A DNA stretch of 64,000 nucleotides from Chlorokybus atmophyticus (Eukaryota > Plantae > Mesostigma and Chlorokybus algae): positions 474,317-538,316 of the forward strand of contig RHPI01002262.1 in NCBI GenBank assembly GCA_009103225.1, read 5' to 3'. The notes under the pieces are model-generated. The model was not told where the DNA came from. It did not search any database and worked only from the letters and a program-made list of their open reading frames with translations. Shown here piece after piece: positions 50,800-62,197 of this stretch. The position numbers and the translations under genes are program-made. The stretch's first letter is position 1, and each line of letters opens with the position of its first letter.

Positions 50800-52041
50800 A
50801 TGGATCTTCACTGCAGTGAAGGGCAGTTCTTGAGTCCCATCCTCATCCCCGGCAGCAGCCCTTACAACACCCCCAGCTTTTTCAGCGGCGAAAGCTTGGA
50901 AGAGGACCTGCGGTTTCAGGATGTTGCAGCGCACGATGTATATGCTGAAACTCCAGAAGAGAACTGCAGAGCGATTGCAAACCTTTCCGTGTTGCAGGTG
51001 TGTGGTATGGCTGAGCCAGCATCTTGCCGCTGATCTGTGCCAATCGGATGTCTGACCTTGACTGCTTGCTATGCAGGTGTTGCACATGCCGGATGAGGGC
51101 TACGCAACAGTTCTAAAGGAAAGCTGGTTCGATGCTCACACACGGCAGATATTTGTACAGTGGATGCTGGAAAATGAGCGCAAGTTTCATTTCACAGCTG
51201 TCACCAGCTGGGCTGCAGTCAACTGCTTTGACCGCTTCATGGCACGAGGGCGAAAGCACTGGGAGCACGAAGAGGGTCCTGCAGTGGCTGCTGCGATTGC
51301 TTGCCAAGCCATCGCAGCCAAGCATGTTGAAGGCGGCTCTCCGGCACTCTCACGACTGGACTTCTTGGTACGGCTCATCAGTTGGTCTGCTTCGTACCTT
51401 CTGACCTGTCCCTTGTGACATGCTGCTACCAGTCACATCACTAGTCTGGCTCTCAACTGAACTGATGCGACTGGTTGCTGCAGGGTCTGAGAATTGCACT
51501 CTCTCCCACCCTGGTGCAGCAAATGGAACTGCTTGTTCTTTGCGAACTGGAGTGGAGGGTAAATTTTGTGACGCCCTACTCGTTCCTGGACCGGCTGCTT
51601 GCTGCCATGGCTGTGGCTTGCCCTGAATGGGTGCCATACACGCGCATCCATGCCAACAACTTCATTCGGGCTGCATTGCTGGAGGTAAGGAACTCTTAAC
51701 AATGTCTTCAATGTGCATTTATACCTACTCAATGCTGCAAGGCAAGGGACTGAGATTGGTGTTTGTCACAACAGGCAAGGTTTGCAACATTTCTTCCGCT
51801 TGTGATCGCGGCAGCCGCTCTGCTGTGCGCACTTGATCTTCCTGAATGTGCTGCGGAGTTTGCCGCACACGGTCTTGACCTTGACCAGGGTTGCAGCCAG
51901 CTGTTGTGCGTCATTCCCGATGCCGACATTGAGCAACTTCTTGTGTGCAAGAAGTTCATGGAAACCGCCCTGGCAGGGCCACACGCAACGCCCACCTCCG
52001 TTTTGGATTCAGATGATGCGCTGCGCTCGCCATCGCCTTGA
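50800..52041 (+). CDS. CYCD: D-type cyclin
   Basis: Starts MDLHCSE, an LxCxE retinoblastoma-binding motif. Cyclin box RQIFVQWMLE..FHFTAVTSWAAVNCFDRFM, IACQAIAAKHVE, QQMELLVLCELEWRVNFVTPYSFL, FATFLPLVIAAAAL; C-terminal HATPTSVLD typical of plant CYCD. Four coding exons with GT-AG introns. Confidence 0.9.
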
Positions 52042-53040
52042 GTCTACAGTTGTTAATCCCCGTTGCAAAGACACAGAGAGCTTCATGCTTCACGTTTGAA
52101 GGCAGGCTCCGCCCTGCCGGTCTACAGCCAAACAACAAGGCAGTTTTGCTTCAACGCGTTTTGCCTTCTTGGCAGTTGACAGAAAGGGTGTTGACCTTTT
52201 TGGAGCCATACTTTTCTTGGCTCATCCTGTTGATTCGGTCTTGTCGATTTCAAGCTCCCCCTGAACACCTTCCATCTTCTTCAGCCAATTGTTTATACGC
52301 CTCTTACTCGAGCTCAAGTATTGTTTGCACGTCACCGGCCAAGCAAAGTTGGCGCGCTGCGGATTGCCTGTCATCTGACAGGATGCACATGTTACTACTC
52401 ACAGACAGTATATAGTGTATGTAGAGATTGGGTTGCTGCACGTTGGTAGGCACGACGATTTTTGTGTGGTTTGAGAGACATTGCACTGAAATACAGCTTT
52501 TTGCTGACTGCACTGCCTGCTGCTGCTTGCCACCAAACAGCATGTGCACTTTGGCAATGGTGATGGATTCTCTTACAATGCACCTTACTTGATTACATTG
52601 ATCTGAAGTCCTTGGCTGCAGATGCATATTGGTTTGATGAGTGACTGCGGGGGTGTGCATTGCATGTTGCAAGCATGAGCGGTTTGCATGCATGGCACAG
52701 TATACTAGTTCAGTATGTCTGTACCACTTGTGATTGCTTCATGTACATCTATCAGAAATCACCATAGACTGTGTCAACTGCTTGCTTGCTAACATACCAC
52801 AACACCATCAAAAGTAGGTGTCAGTTAGTTTGTGATAGCACGGTACAGCGGTTGGTAGGACATGTCACTGCATTGCGATGCGTTGCATTGTTCTCCCTCT
52901 GCATTATGTTGGAAGGTTTGCATTGGTGGCCGCCGAAGTATGCATGCAAATAGGGATTGTGCTGCTCTTGTGGACGGAATGGAGTTGTAATTTATTGCGA
53001 GCTGTACGCAAGTGGAGGCATGCTTCAAACTGTTGTTGAC

Positions 53041-53086
53041 TGCCGCACGTAGTCAGAGAGCACACTTGGTCTGACTACGTGCGGCA
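53041..53086. repeat. Perfect inverted repeat, 17-bp arms with 12-nt loop
   Basis: TGCCGCACGTAGTCAGA - GAGCACACTTGG - TCTGACTACGTGCGGCA. Confidence 0.95.
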
Positions 53087-53642
53087 ATTGCGTGACTTTG
53101 TTTGCAATGCGCGCCGAGATGTACAATTTGTGTGTGTGTACATGTTAGAAATTGTTTAGTGTAAGCAAAAGCGCTGGTCTGGGCCCCCCTAGTGTTTGTT
53201 TTGTTTCTAGCTGCTACTTATCGTTGTGTTTGTTGTTGCACAAACGTTCAGCTTGCATGTTGCCTGGGGAGTATTTGTTAATGCTGATTAACCTTACCCC
53301 ACTCCAACTGGCAGACACAAGCATCCAACGTCATCGTACAGTGTGTGCATGGGCAGCACTGCATCGTGAGCTGTCAAGCAATGCTGCCCTTCTGTATCTC
53401 TGCAGTCACCAGCAAGACCTCCAATAGCGCAAGCAGACACACATGCGCACAGCTGCCAACCATCGTGACATTCACCCAATTTTACAATGGAGGAAGAGGC
53501 AGAAACAGATGACAACGCCATATGATGTACACAAACTTACAGGTAACACTAACGACAAGGGTATCTCCTGCGCAGCTTTGCATGGTCGCAGCAACAGGAT
53601 TGCTGAACTGATGCGCTGCGGCCGTGCTTGTGAGGTCAGCTG

Positions 53643-55624
53643 TCATTCTCTTGTTGTCCCTGATGGGTCAGCATTTGCAACAATCCAAGGGTGCTCCAGC
53701 ACTTTCGCGAGAGGCAATCGCTGCTTTGGGTCCTTCGCTAGCAGCTGCGTTACAACAGTGTGTCAGCAGAAGAAGAGAGGTCATTGCAGGTGCTTGTGCT
53801 GGTCACAATATGTGGTATAAAAGATAGCAATTATGAATTGACAAGCACAAGCACAAGCACACGCGCACACACATATACAACTGCACAATGCAAGAGTCCT
53901 CACCTTAACGATGAGGTTTTTAGCATCAGTGCTGACTGCCGGCATTTCGGGGAATCGCAAGTCCACGCGCGTAATGCTGCGCACGCATGCATTCGTAAGT
54001 GGCAAGCCATCGTGCAACCTGAGAGCAGAGCATATTATGCCAAACAACTGTTGAATGCACACCGTTTGTATGTCTCGCTGTGTCCTGCAGCCTCAAACGG
54101 CGGATCTCCAAACAGAAACTCGTAGCACAGGACACCGAGAGACCACACGTCCACGCAAGTGTCATGTTCTTTGCCCTCCACTGCAGCATTACTAGTCAGC
54201 ACATGTGCAGCTTCCACAACTATCGACACAACATGTGAAGTTGTAATGCACTGCAGTTACAACAGCAAGCTCACCCATCTCGGGTGGGAGGTAGTCGAGA
54301 GTGCCGCACAGTGTTTGACGGCGGCTGTTTAAGGCGTGTACTGCCCAGCCAAAGTCTGCAATCTTGAGTTCACCCTGCATTCGACACTCTCACGCTTACT
54401 TGCTTCATTGATACACTAGTGGCTGATAATGCCATGTCACATGCAGTGTTGTTCCAAATCCAATACAACGATACCGGTGCCGGTGCATTGTGCATTGTTC
54501 GATTGCGTACCTTTGCACCAATGAGTATGTTTTCTGGTTTGATGTCTCTGTGAATGACGTGCTTGGAGTGGCAGTAGACAAGCGCCTTGGTCAGAGCAGC
54601 AATGTACTGCTCAAACACAACACGTGTTTGATACAGTGGCAGCAAGGGAGGTGTCCAGGGAGGTAAGGTACGGGACAAGGCGGCCACCCTCACCGTTGCA
54701 GTGCGGCGCTCGCTGAATGTCTTGCAGCGCTGCAGCTCTTTGTACAGCTCGCCACGCGCCGCATACTCCAGAATAAGAAACACGCGCGACTGAACACAGC
54801 ATGTGTGTGCAACCAGCAGATAACTTGCAGGGTTGATGGACAGGTCGACAAACATGTGATCTCACCTCGTCGTAGAAGTACCCAAACAGGCGCAGAATGT
54901 TTGGGTGGCTGCGCAAACAAGCAACATGTGAGGCATTGACAGCCAAAGTCGCAACGAATGGACAATGATTGGAGTTGCTTTCTGCAATGCTTTTTAGTTG
55001 CGCCTAAGTACTGTACCGAAGGTGGCTCTGGATCTCAATTTCACGCCGCAGCTGGTGCTCAACTTGCGAGTGCTGAAGCTGCGACTTGAACAGCACCTTT
55101 AGTGCTACAATGAACTTCGTCTGCATCATGAAACCCAAAACAGTGTGGTCACGCACAGCAGATACCAAGCCTTGTTGTGTACACAACGTGCACAGCGTAG
55201 CTGCTGAGTAAGGACTGTGATGCAGTGCTGGCTTACCCGCTTCTCACGTGCCAAGTAAACATTGCCAAACTTCCCTCTTCCCAAAGGCCTCCCAACTTCA
55301 AAGTTGCTTAGTTGCCACTGCTCGTTGGGCGCTGTGCGTGCTGAAGCCGTTGGAGGCCTCACGACAGGCTCAGCTCTGTGTGCCTGGCAGTGCACAAACA
55401 CACAATCTGTCAACCGGTCTCAGTGATGGCCACCAGTGGACAGATGAACATGCTACACAGGTGTGGATGTAAATGCAGACAACAAATTCCTCCACAAACA
55501 CTGCCCAGCATTGTGGCAAATTCCAGCCGCAAACAAGCCACTCTCCCGCTCTACTTGCCTCGCTGTCTTCTGCAGCCTGCTCCTGCCGTCGCCGGCTCTC
55601 CTCCGCAGCAGCACGGGCGGCCAT
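53643..55624 (-). CDS. AUR: Aurora kinase (plant alpha-Aurora-like), multi-exon
   Basis: [26 protein letters not shown]; [28 protein letters not shown]; [13 protein letters not shown]; [12 protein letters not shown]; [10 protein letters not shown]; [27 protein letters not shown]; [13 protein letters not shown]; [33 protein letters not shown] (stop 53643-53645). ATG at 55624. Confidence 0.97.
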
Positions 55625-55918
55625 GTAGCTTTGTACTGCCTTGCGCTCTGCTTGCTCCTTTGCTGCGGTCGTCGCCACCGCCGCCGCCGCCGCCGCCCGC
55701 TAAGCTACTGATTAGGGTTTGTAGCCGTTTACAGTTCGTAATTCGAACAGCTGAGAAAGGCGCGGAGAGGACATGCGTAACTCAGCGTGTCCTGACAAAT
55801 GTAATTGCAATACGTCATCGACGATTGCAAGTTACGTCTCCCCAGCAAAATTAGGGTTGTTGCGGCAGCAGCGGCGGCAGAGCAGGAGCAGAACGAGGAG
55901 AGGGAGGAGGCGGCGGAG
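55625..55918. promoter_or_regulatory. Bidirectional promoter between Aurora and the TMEM70-family gene, with telo-box and MSA-like motifs
   Basis: 294 bp separate the divergent ATGs. ATTAGGGTTT at 55711-55720 (telo-box AAACCCTAAT reversed) and ATTAGGGTT at 55850-55858; TAGCCGTT at 55722-55729 (reverse AACGGCTA, MSA-like); (GCC)n near 55676-55697. Confidence 0.45.
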
Positions 55919-57221
55919 ATGGCTTTCCGCGTGGCTGCGAGAAGACTCGTCGTTGTTGGTTTGGAGGGGTATGATGCGCATGCCGCCCGGTCTGGCGTCT
56001 TCGGCGGCCGACGCCTACTTGCGGATGACGGCGCTGCCAAGCATGCCGGTCACAGAGGTGATGCCAACTTGTCATTGCTGTCAGCATGGGATTGCGTCAT
56101 ACCCGGTTAGCTTACGTGCAGCATGCATGCTAGCATGTTGTGGACTTCGCATTGTCCGAGTCTTCACTCTGCGCTTGTTGCACGCGCTTTTGCCTGCTGC
56201 AAGAGCTGATGCCAGCAACCAATGAACAGACAAGGTGCAAGCAACTTTGCATTTATTGCATACATTGAGCGCTGTGCATATCATCCTGCAATGCATGTTG
56301 AATCAGTCAAGCCGAGCGCTGTGTCTAGTTCCATAACCACAACCCTCCAAACAGCTGGTCATGTACTGATCGCAAGGCAACTCGTACAGGCGACTCTTGT
56401 TCTGCTGCATCCACTTCAAGCCCTACACAGGAATGCCACACCACTAGGCGGGTACACAGTTCCTTGCGCACTTTCTCTCTCAGCCAGCACGAAAGGAGCT
56501 GGCACTCACAGCACGCAGAGTGCATTAGTGTTCGCACATGCTCGACAACCACAACATCAGCAACAGAGAAACCATCTGACCTTGCGGGAGGTGGAAATGT
56601 TGAAGGCAGTCCTCAGGAAGGCAAGCCCGTGTTGATATACACTGGCCCCATGTCGGGATCAGTTAAGGGGGTCAAGCTGCTGAGCCTCAGCAGCGCCATG
56701 CTCACGCTGGTCGGCGCGCCACTCTTTGTACTTACCAATCCGAACCTTTCGCCCACGGGGCGTATAGCCATTGCCGGCACAATGATATTCTTTGGACTTT
56801 CCACCACGGCTCTATTGCACTGGTTCTCAAGGTGAACCCCTGCATGCTTTCAATTCCTGCAATGAATTTCATGCTGTATGCACACACCACAGGACTCACA
56901 ATGTTGTATCAGTCGAGCATTGTGTTGTGTCTTCAGTGCAGTGTAATGCTTCTCACATGCATGTTCTCCTCTTCCTGCAGCACGTATGTGCACAAGATGT
57001 GGGCGATACGTGGTAGTGATCGCGTTGAGGTGGAAGTGCTGAATGTCCTTGCGTCAAAGAAGCGCGAGGCTTTCTCACTGGGGGATGTGCAGTACTCGCA
57101 AACCCTCCGCCCGCTGGTTTCGTTTGAAGCCGACAAAAGGCAGTATTATGTTGATGAAGAGGTTCTTGATGAAAACGTGCTGCGACAGCTGATGCCTTGG
57201 CGAGTTCCAGAAGACTTGTAA
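55919..57221 (+). CDS. TMEM70/TMEM186-family mitochondrial inner-membrane protein (ATP synthase/complex I assembly factor-like)
   Basis: Presequence-like N-terminus MAFRVAARRLVV; LIYTGPMSGSVKGVKLLSLSSAMLTLVGAPLF..IAIAGTMIFFGLSTTALLHWFSR|TYVHKM fits the two-TM pattern of the family; last exon ends PWRVPEDL*. Confidence 0.75.
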
Positions 57222-58619
57222 CAATCTGTGCGCATTAGGACGCGGATTTGTGTGCTGTGACAAAGAGATTTGCATGCAGAGGTTGTGCTGCCTTGGACAA
57301 GTGGTACACATCTTGTGTACATTGAAATCGATGCCATTTCTGATGTGCTTCACAAGTGACGTATTGGCGGGTATGTATTGCAAGCTATACTCAATGCAAG
57401 TGGCATACTGAATAGCAGACGTTGTTGACACTACTGTGTTGCATCTGGTTGGGCACCCCAAGCATACCCATGAGCATTGACCTCACAAGTTCACGAGTAG
57501 TGTGGGTATGCTTGAAAAAAATTGTGTTTTCACCAACTGAAGTTGTGCATAATGAACAATTCCATTTGCTGCAACTACCGGTATCAAGCTGCACGTCTAG
57601 AGTCTGTTTCACGTTTGCTCACACATGCCTAACAGGGAGGTCTAAACTAGTACAGTGTAGTGAGGTTGGAACGAACAGTGTGTATAGCCCTGTGGTTGTG
57701 GTATAATGTGCTTGCATGCTGTTTTGTATGCTGTGAGTGATGTCAGGCATGTCTACGATTACTGGCAGCATATCCTGTACATAGGGTAGTGTACATATGT
57801 GGCATACGATCTTTGTACAATTGTACCTGTGTGCATACAGTAGGGTGCTTTCTCATATTTACTTGGGTTGCCTAGGTGGTGACTTGCACAACTGCAACAG
57901 CAGTGTAGCGCCACACATTGAAATAAAAGTGGTTTCCACCCAGAAATAACTCATGTATTACAACAAAAGCGCACATGATGGTTGGTATGATTTCCATGCT
58001 TAACAGGTGGTTTCCAACCTCTGAAGCATTGCACAAACTGCGCAAAAACGAACTGTCGGCTTGCACCGAGCGTGGTGCAGTGTGTACAAAAATGGTGGAT
58101 TACACGCATGCAAACTATGCCGGTGGCATATATTACAGCCCATTATACTTAGTTCGTTACACTTACACATGCACATTACCACCAGGCTACACGCTGTGCT
58201 ACTGCAGCTCTGCGACTCAATTACAGCATTGACTATCCACCTATCCCACTAGGCATGCGTAGCAACTCAAGCGGTGATAACCTGCACATATGTGTGCTGT
58301 GCGCTGGGGGATGTGCTATGGGCCATGCATTGAGGTGTCAGACGCGTGACATGATAGTTAGACAGCTATTACCAGATGTGTTGTTGTAGCAGAATTATAA
58401 CAATATTATTTTAAGCAGCATGCGCTATAATCCTACTGACAAACACTTGTTTAGACACCCATGCCTGATGTGCATGTAGGCCTCATACAACGCCTTTAAG
58501 CAAAAATAAATCACTAGTCAACACGCATCAAGGCCGCAGGGTTCTGCTAGTTATACACAGAATACATAACGCTACAATGCTATCGTATCAACCATCTGTT
58601 GAAAGAGTGTCAACCCAGC

Positions 58620-60660
58620 CTACGCGCGAGATTTTCCTCCAGAAACATTCAACACTGTACCGTCCACGTAGCTGGAGCGCTGTGATGCCAAGAAAGCGAC
58701 TGCCAAGCAGACAACCGATCAGCGGCATGCCACTGCGAGATTATGACAAGCTAATTGACGTATGCAATTGTTAGAAGAGACCAGTGACAACTAGGAGCAT
58801 GACTGCATGTCAACAACTAACTGCATTACAACGTATATGACATGGCTGTAGAGCAGGCATACCTGCATTGGCAACCTCCTCAAGAGCGCCGGGCCTGCCC
58901 AAAGGCACATTGGAAGAGCCATAGCTTCCCTTCATTGCCTCCACGGTGGTGCCGCGGGTGTATGCAAGGGCGCGCTCGTACTCGGGAGAGCGCAAGCCAG
59001 TCGGCCGGAGGATGCCGGGGGCAAGACCGACAACGCGGATGGCGTGCTTACCCAATTCCTATAAGACCAAGTCAGCCATTGGCAACAGAAGGCATGCTGT
59101 AGGGCCACATGCAGCTCAAGTTGGGCTTGGGTGCTCATCGCCTAGCAGTATGCTCCAGCATTGTCATTATGTTTGTACCTTCGCCCATGAGCGTGTCATT
59201 GAATATAGAGCAGCCTTTGTGGCAGCATACACGCTCTGGCCCTCTGAGCCCTCCAAGCCCGACTCTGATGCCATGTTGATAATGACACCAGGGCGGCAAG
59301 CCTGCACAGTGCATGTGTGAGCCATTGTCCACTTCCTGCTCGTCATGCTACCACTGATGCATGCAGCCACTCACCTTGATCATCTCACGTGCCACAGCCT
59401 GCGCCATCAGGAAGCAACCCTTCATGTTGACATCGGAAACCTGGTCCCAGATCTCCTCCGTCAGTTCCTCCTGACCCGCGGGATCAACAAGCAAGCGGGG
59501 GATATTGATGCCGGCATTGTTCACCTGCATGACAAACACTGAGAGACATGCATAGGCCACGCGTGAAATCAAACGATTGACATCGTGGTAGACTCTCACC
59601 AAAATATCAATCCTGCCGTACTTCTCGATCACAGTAGCCAATAGATTGTTCACGCTTTCAACATTGCTCACATCCACACCATGGCACATATGCTGGTCGA
59701 TGTTGTCAGGGTAGAGGTGGTTCAGCTCTTCCAGCACCTTTTGGTTCTTCTCTGGGCTGCGATCCGCAATCACCACCACAGCACCATTTGCAGCCAGCTC
59801 CAAGCACACAGCACGGCCAATGCCAGAGCCACCACCTGAAATTGATCCGATCAGCACTAGCTTACCACATTCCCTTGCTTCGCTTCGAGGGCAAAGCAAT
59901 AAGCACTGTTTATAAGTATGCTACCTGCACATGCACGCTGCCTTGCTGACAATCAATACTGCTGCAAGGCTATGCAGCTTGCAACGATGATATGCGCCGA
60001 AACACTCAACATCAAGACCAATACCAAATTAGCCAACACACAGTAGGTAAGACAACCAGCGCACCTGTCACGATGACAACGCAGCCGCCAATGTCGAGCC
60101 AGTTCTCATTGCGCTTGGTGTCCAGCGGCTTGAGGATGGGCAAGGGCTGCGTCTTGACTTCAGGCTCTGCAACTGCCCGAGTGACGAGGGTGGCAGCTCT
60201 GCGGGAGGACTGCGACGTCTTCAAGGCCAGCGGCACCTTGCTGCTCAGGAAGCTGGAGTTCAACCGCTCATTTCCCCTCTGCTGTGCACCTGCACATCCG
60301 TCCACTCAGCAGAGCGCTTGAAGTGCCGGTTGCACACACCCTATGCGGTAGCAACGCAGCCGCGTTTACATAGTACGCATGCACATAGTACACGTTACTT
60401 GGCCTATGCGGTAGCAACGCAGCCGCGTTTACATAGTACGCATGCACATAGTACACGTTACTTGGCAATACAAGAAAAGAAACTGCAAGCCGTGCGCTGC
60501 CTCAACTCAAGCAGTTAACAGGCTACCGCTAGCAGATCAGTTTGAAAAGGACTGTTGAGGAGCTGCATGCACAGGCTGGCGCACCTGACGGCGTGGAGGT
60601 GGAAGCTCGCAGAGACAGCACAGCAAGGCTCTCAGCATGGACAGCGGCAGTGGAAACCAT
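58620..60660 (-). CDS. Short-chain dehydrogenase/reductase of the bacterial sorbitol-6-phosphate 2-dehydrogenase (SorD-like) type with N-terminal plastid transit peptide, ~361 aa, 7 exons
   Basis: Exons 60660-60585, 60289-60065, 59835-59600, 59524-59375, 59301-59179, 59058-58863 and 58699-58620 total 1086 nt, all GT-AG and in phase. Motifs: NWLDIGGCVVIVTGGGSGIG; VNNAGINIPRLLVDP; MASESGLEGSEGQSVYAATKAA; ELGKHAIRVVGLAPGIL..TGLRSPEYERALAYTRG; PLGRPG..EEVA; SYVDGTVLNVSGGKSRA*. Confidence 0.88.
60340..60465. repeat. Exact 63-bp tandem duplication in intron 1 of the SDR gene
   Basis: CCTATGCGGTAGCAACGCAGCCGCGTTTACATAGTACGCATGCACATAGTACACGTTACTTGG occurs at 60340-60402 and 60403-60465. Confidence 0.95.
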
Positions 60661-62197
60661 GTTGCTGACAAGAGACGATGACGCGATGCTTGTCTTTGTA
60701 GTCGTCGTCGCCTACCTCGCCGCGGCCAGGGATAACACCCGACCGAACAATTGACTACAGCTGCACCGTGCAACTTGCAAACAGCCAAGTAATTAGGCGG
60801 CCTCTTTCACCCCACCGCTTGCGGCCTTACAGCTGGCACGCTCCCAGTCCACCAGTGGACCACCACGCAAGCAAGCTGCCTCCACAACAACACTGCGCGC
60901 CTGCTTAGAGGCTTGCACTGCTTCCACTGCTTTCCACTGCTTTGCACAAAGCTATACCATGCACTCCTTTTCAACCACAGTCAAACGACTCATAGGGCCC
61001 AATCCAAGCCTTCTCATGAAAACATACCATGGGTAACGCGGAAGTGTCGCATGCAAGATGTCAACGGAGTAATGTGGGGCCGTTATGGGGGAGCGGTTCT
61101 CCGGACAATGGCCGCCGGCCAGTTGACAGGTGTCGGCACCGGCCGACCGCAGACTGCGCCTGGGATCCTGTCAGTGCGCTGCCTGCAGCGGCCAGTAACC
61201 GCCGTATGACCGACAGGCAGGACTCCTGACATCTTTTGTAGTGGTTGCCTGTGGTTGATGAATGTGTCTTGTTGCATGAGAATCTGACCAAGCGGAATCA
61301 ATAAACACATACATGGAATCCTGCTGCTTACGTGTGGACGTGCACGGGGACGGCCCAAACCGTGAGATCAAAACCAACCACAGCGCAGCCGTTCGATTAG
61401 AGATCTAGACTACAAACAGATGTCCACAATCTATTACGTCGGCCTACACAGTACTAGCCTAGTACGCCGGTCATACCCGTACAGATTCCCTGCCGTATCA
61501 GGCTGCACTGCACAGATATATTCTGCTACGAAGATAGCCATGTACGATATCTTCTGAGGTGCGTGTAATGCCAAAGAACTAGTGGTGCGGCTGTTTGGTC
61601 CGGCCGGACCGGAAGCAAGGTCACGTACACAACACACGCGCAAGGTCCATCAGTCAGTGCAGTGATGGGCATCACACATAGCACCCGCGACTGCCGGGCT
61701 GCGCTGTAGTGTGCCTCTCAGTTGGCTGGGCGGCGAGTACTAGCGTTTAACAGTTGGATATGCCAATAAATGACAATAATGAGCACAGTATGCACAGCAT
61801 GTGCCATGGCCACATGTGACGGCATATTGTTCAGTTGGATATGTTTTGAAGAATATAAGATTATAATAGGTAGTACATGGTGAACTATAGCAGAAGATAA
61901 TTGTGTACTACACATATGGCCGCATATAAATGTATGTATGTATGTATGTAAGGGAATGGTTACATCCAATCTTCAATTGGTGAATTGAATAGAATAGGAA
62001 CTTGCTTACTCGATCCGTATACTATTAGTCGTCATCGTCCAAACCTACCCCTCGTAAAGTAGCCTATATAACCATTTCCTATTGTACGCCGCCAAAAACG
62101 TTGTAAAAGACCACTTCAATAAGCACAATTAAAGGTAACGGTTTCGACTCTGTATGTAATATCATAGAATTGCATCGAAGTCAGTCTATTATTTTAA

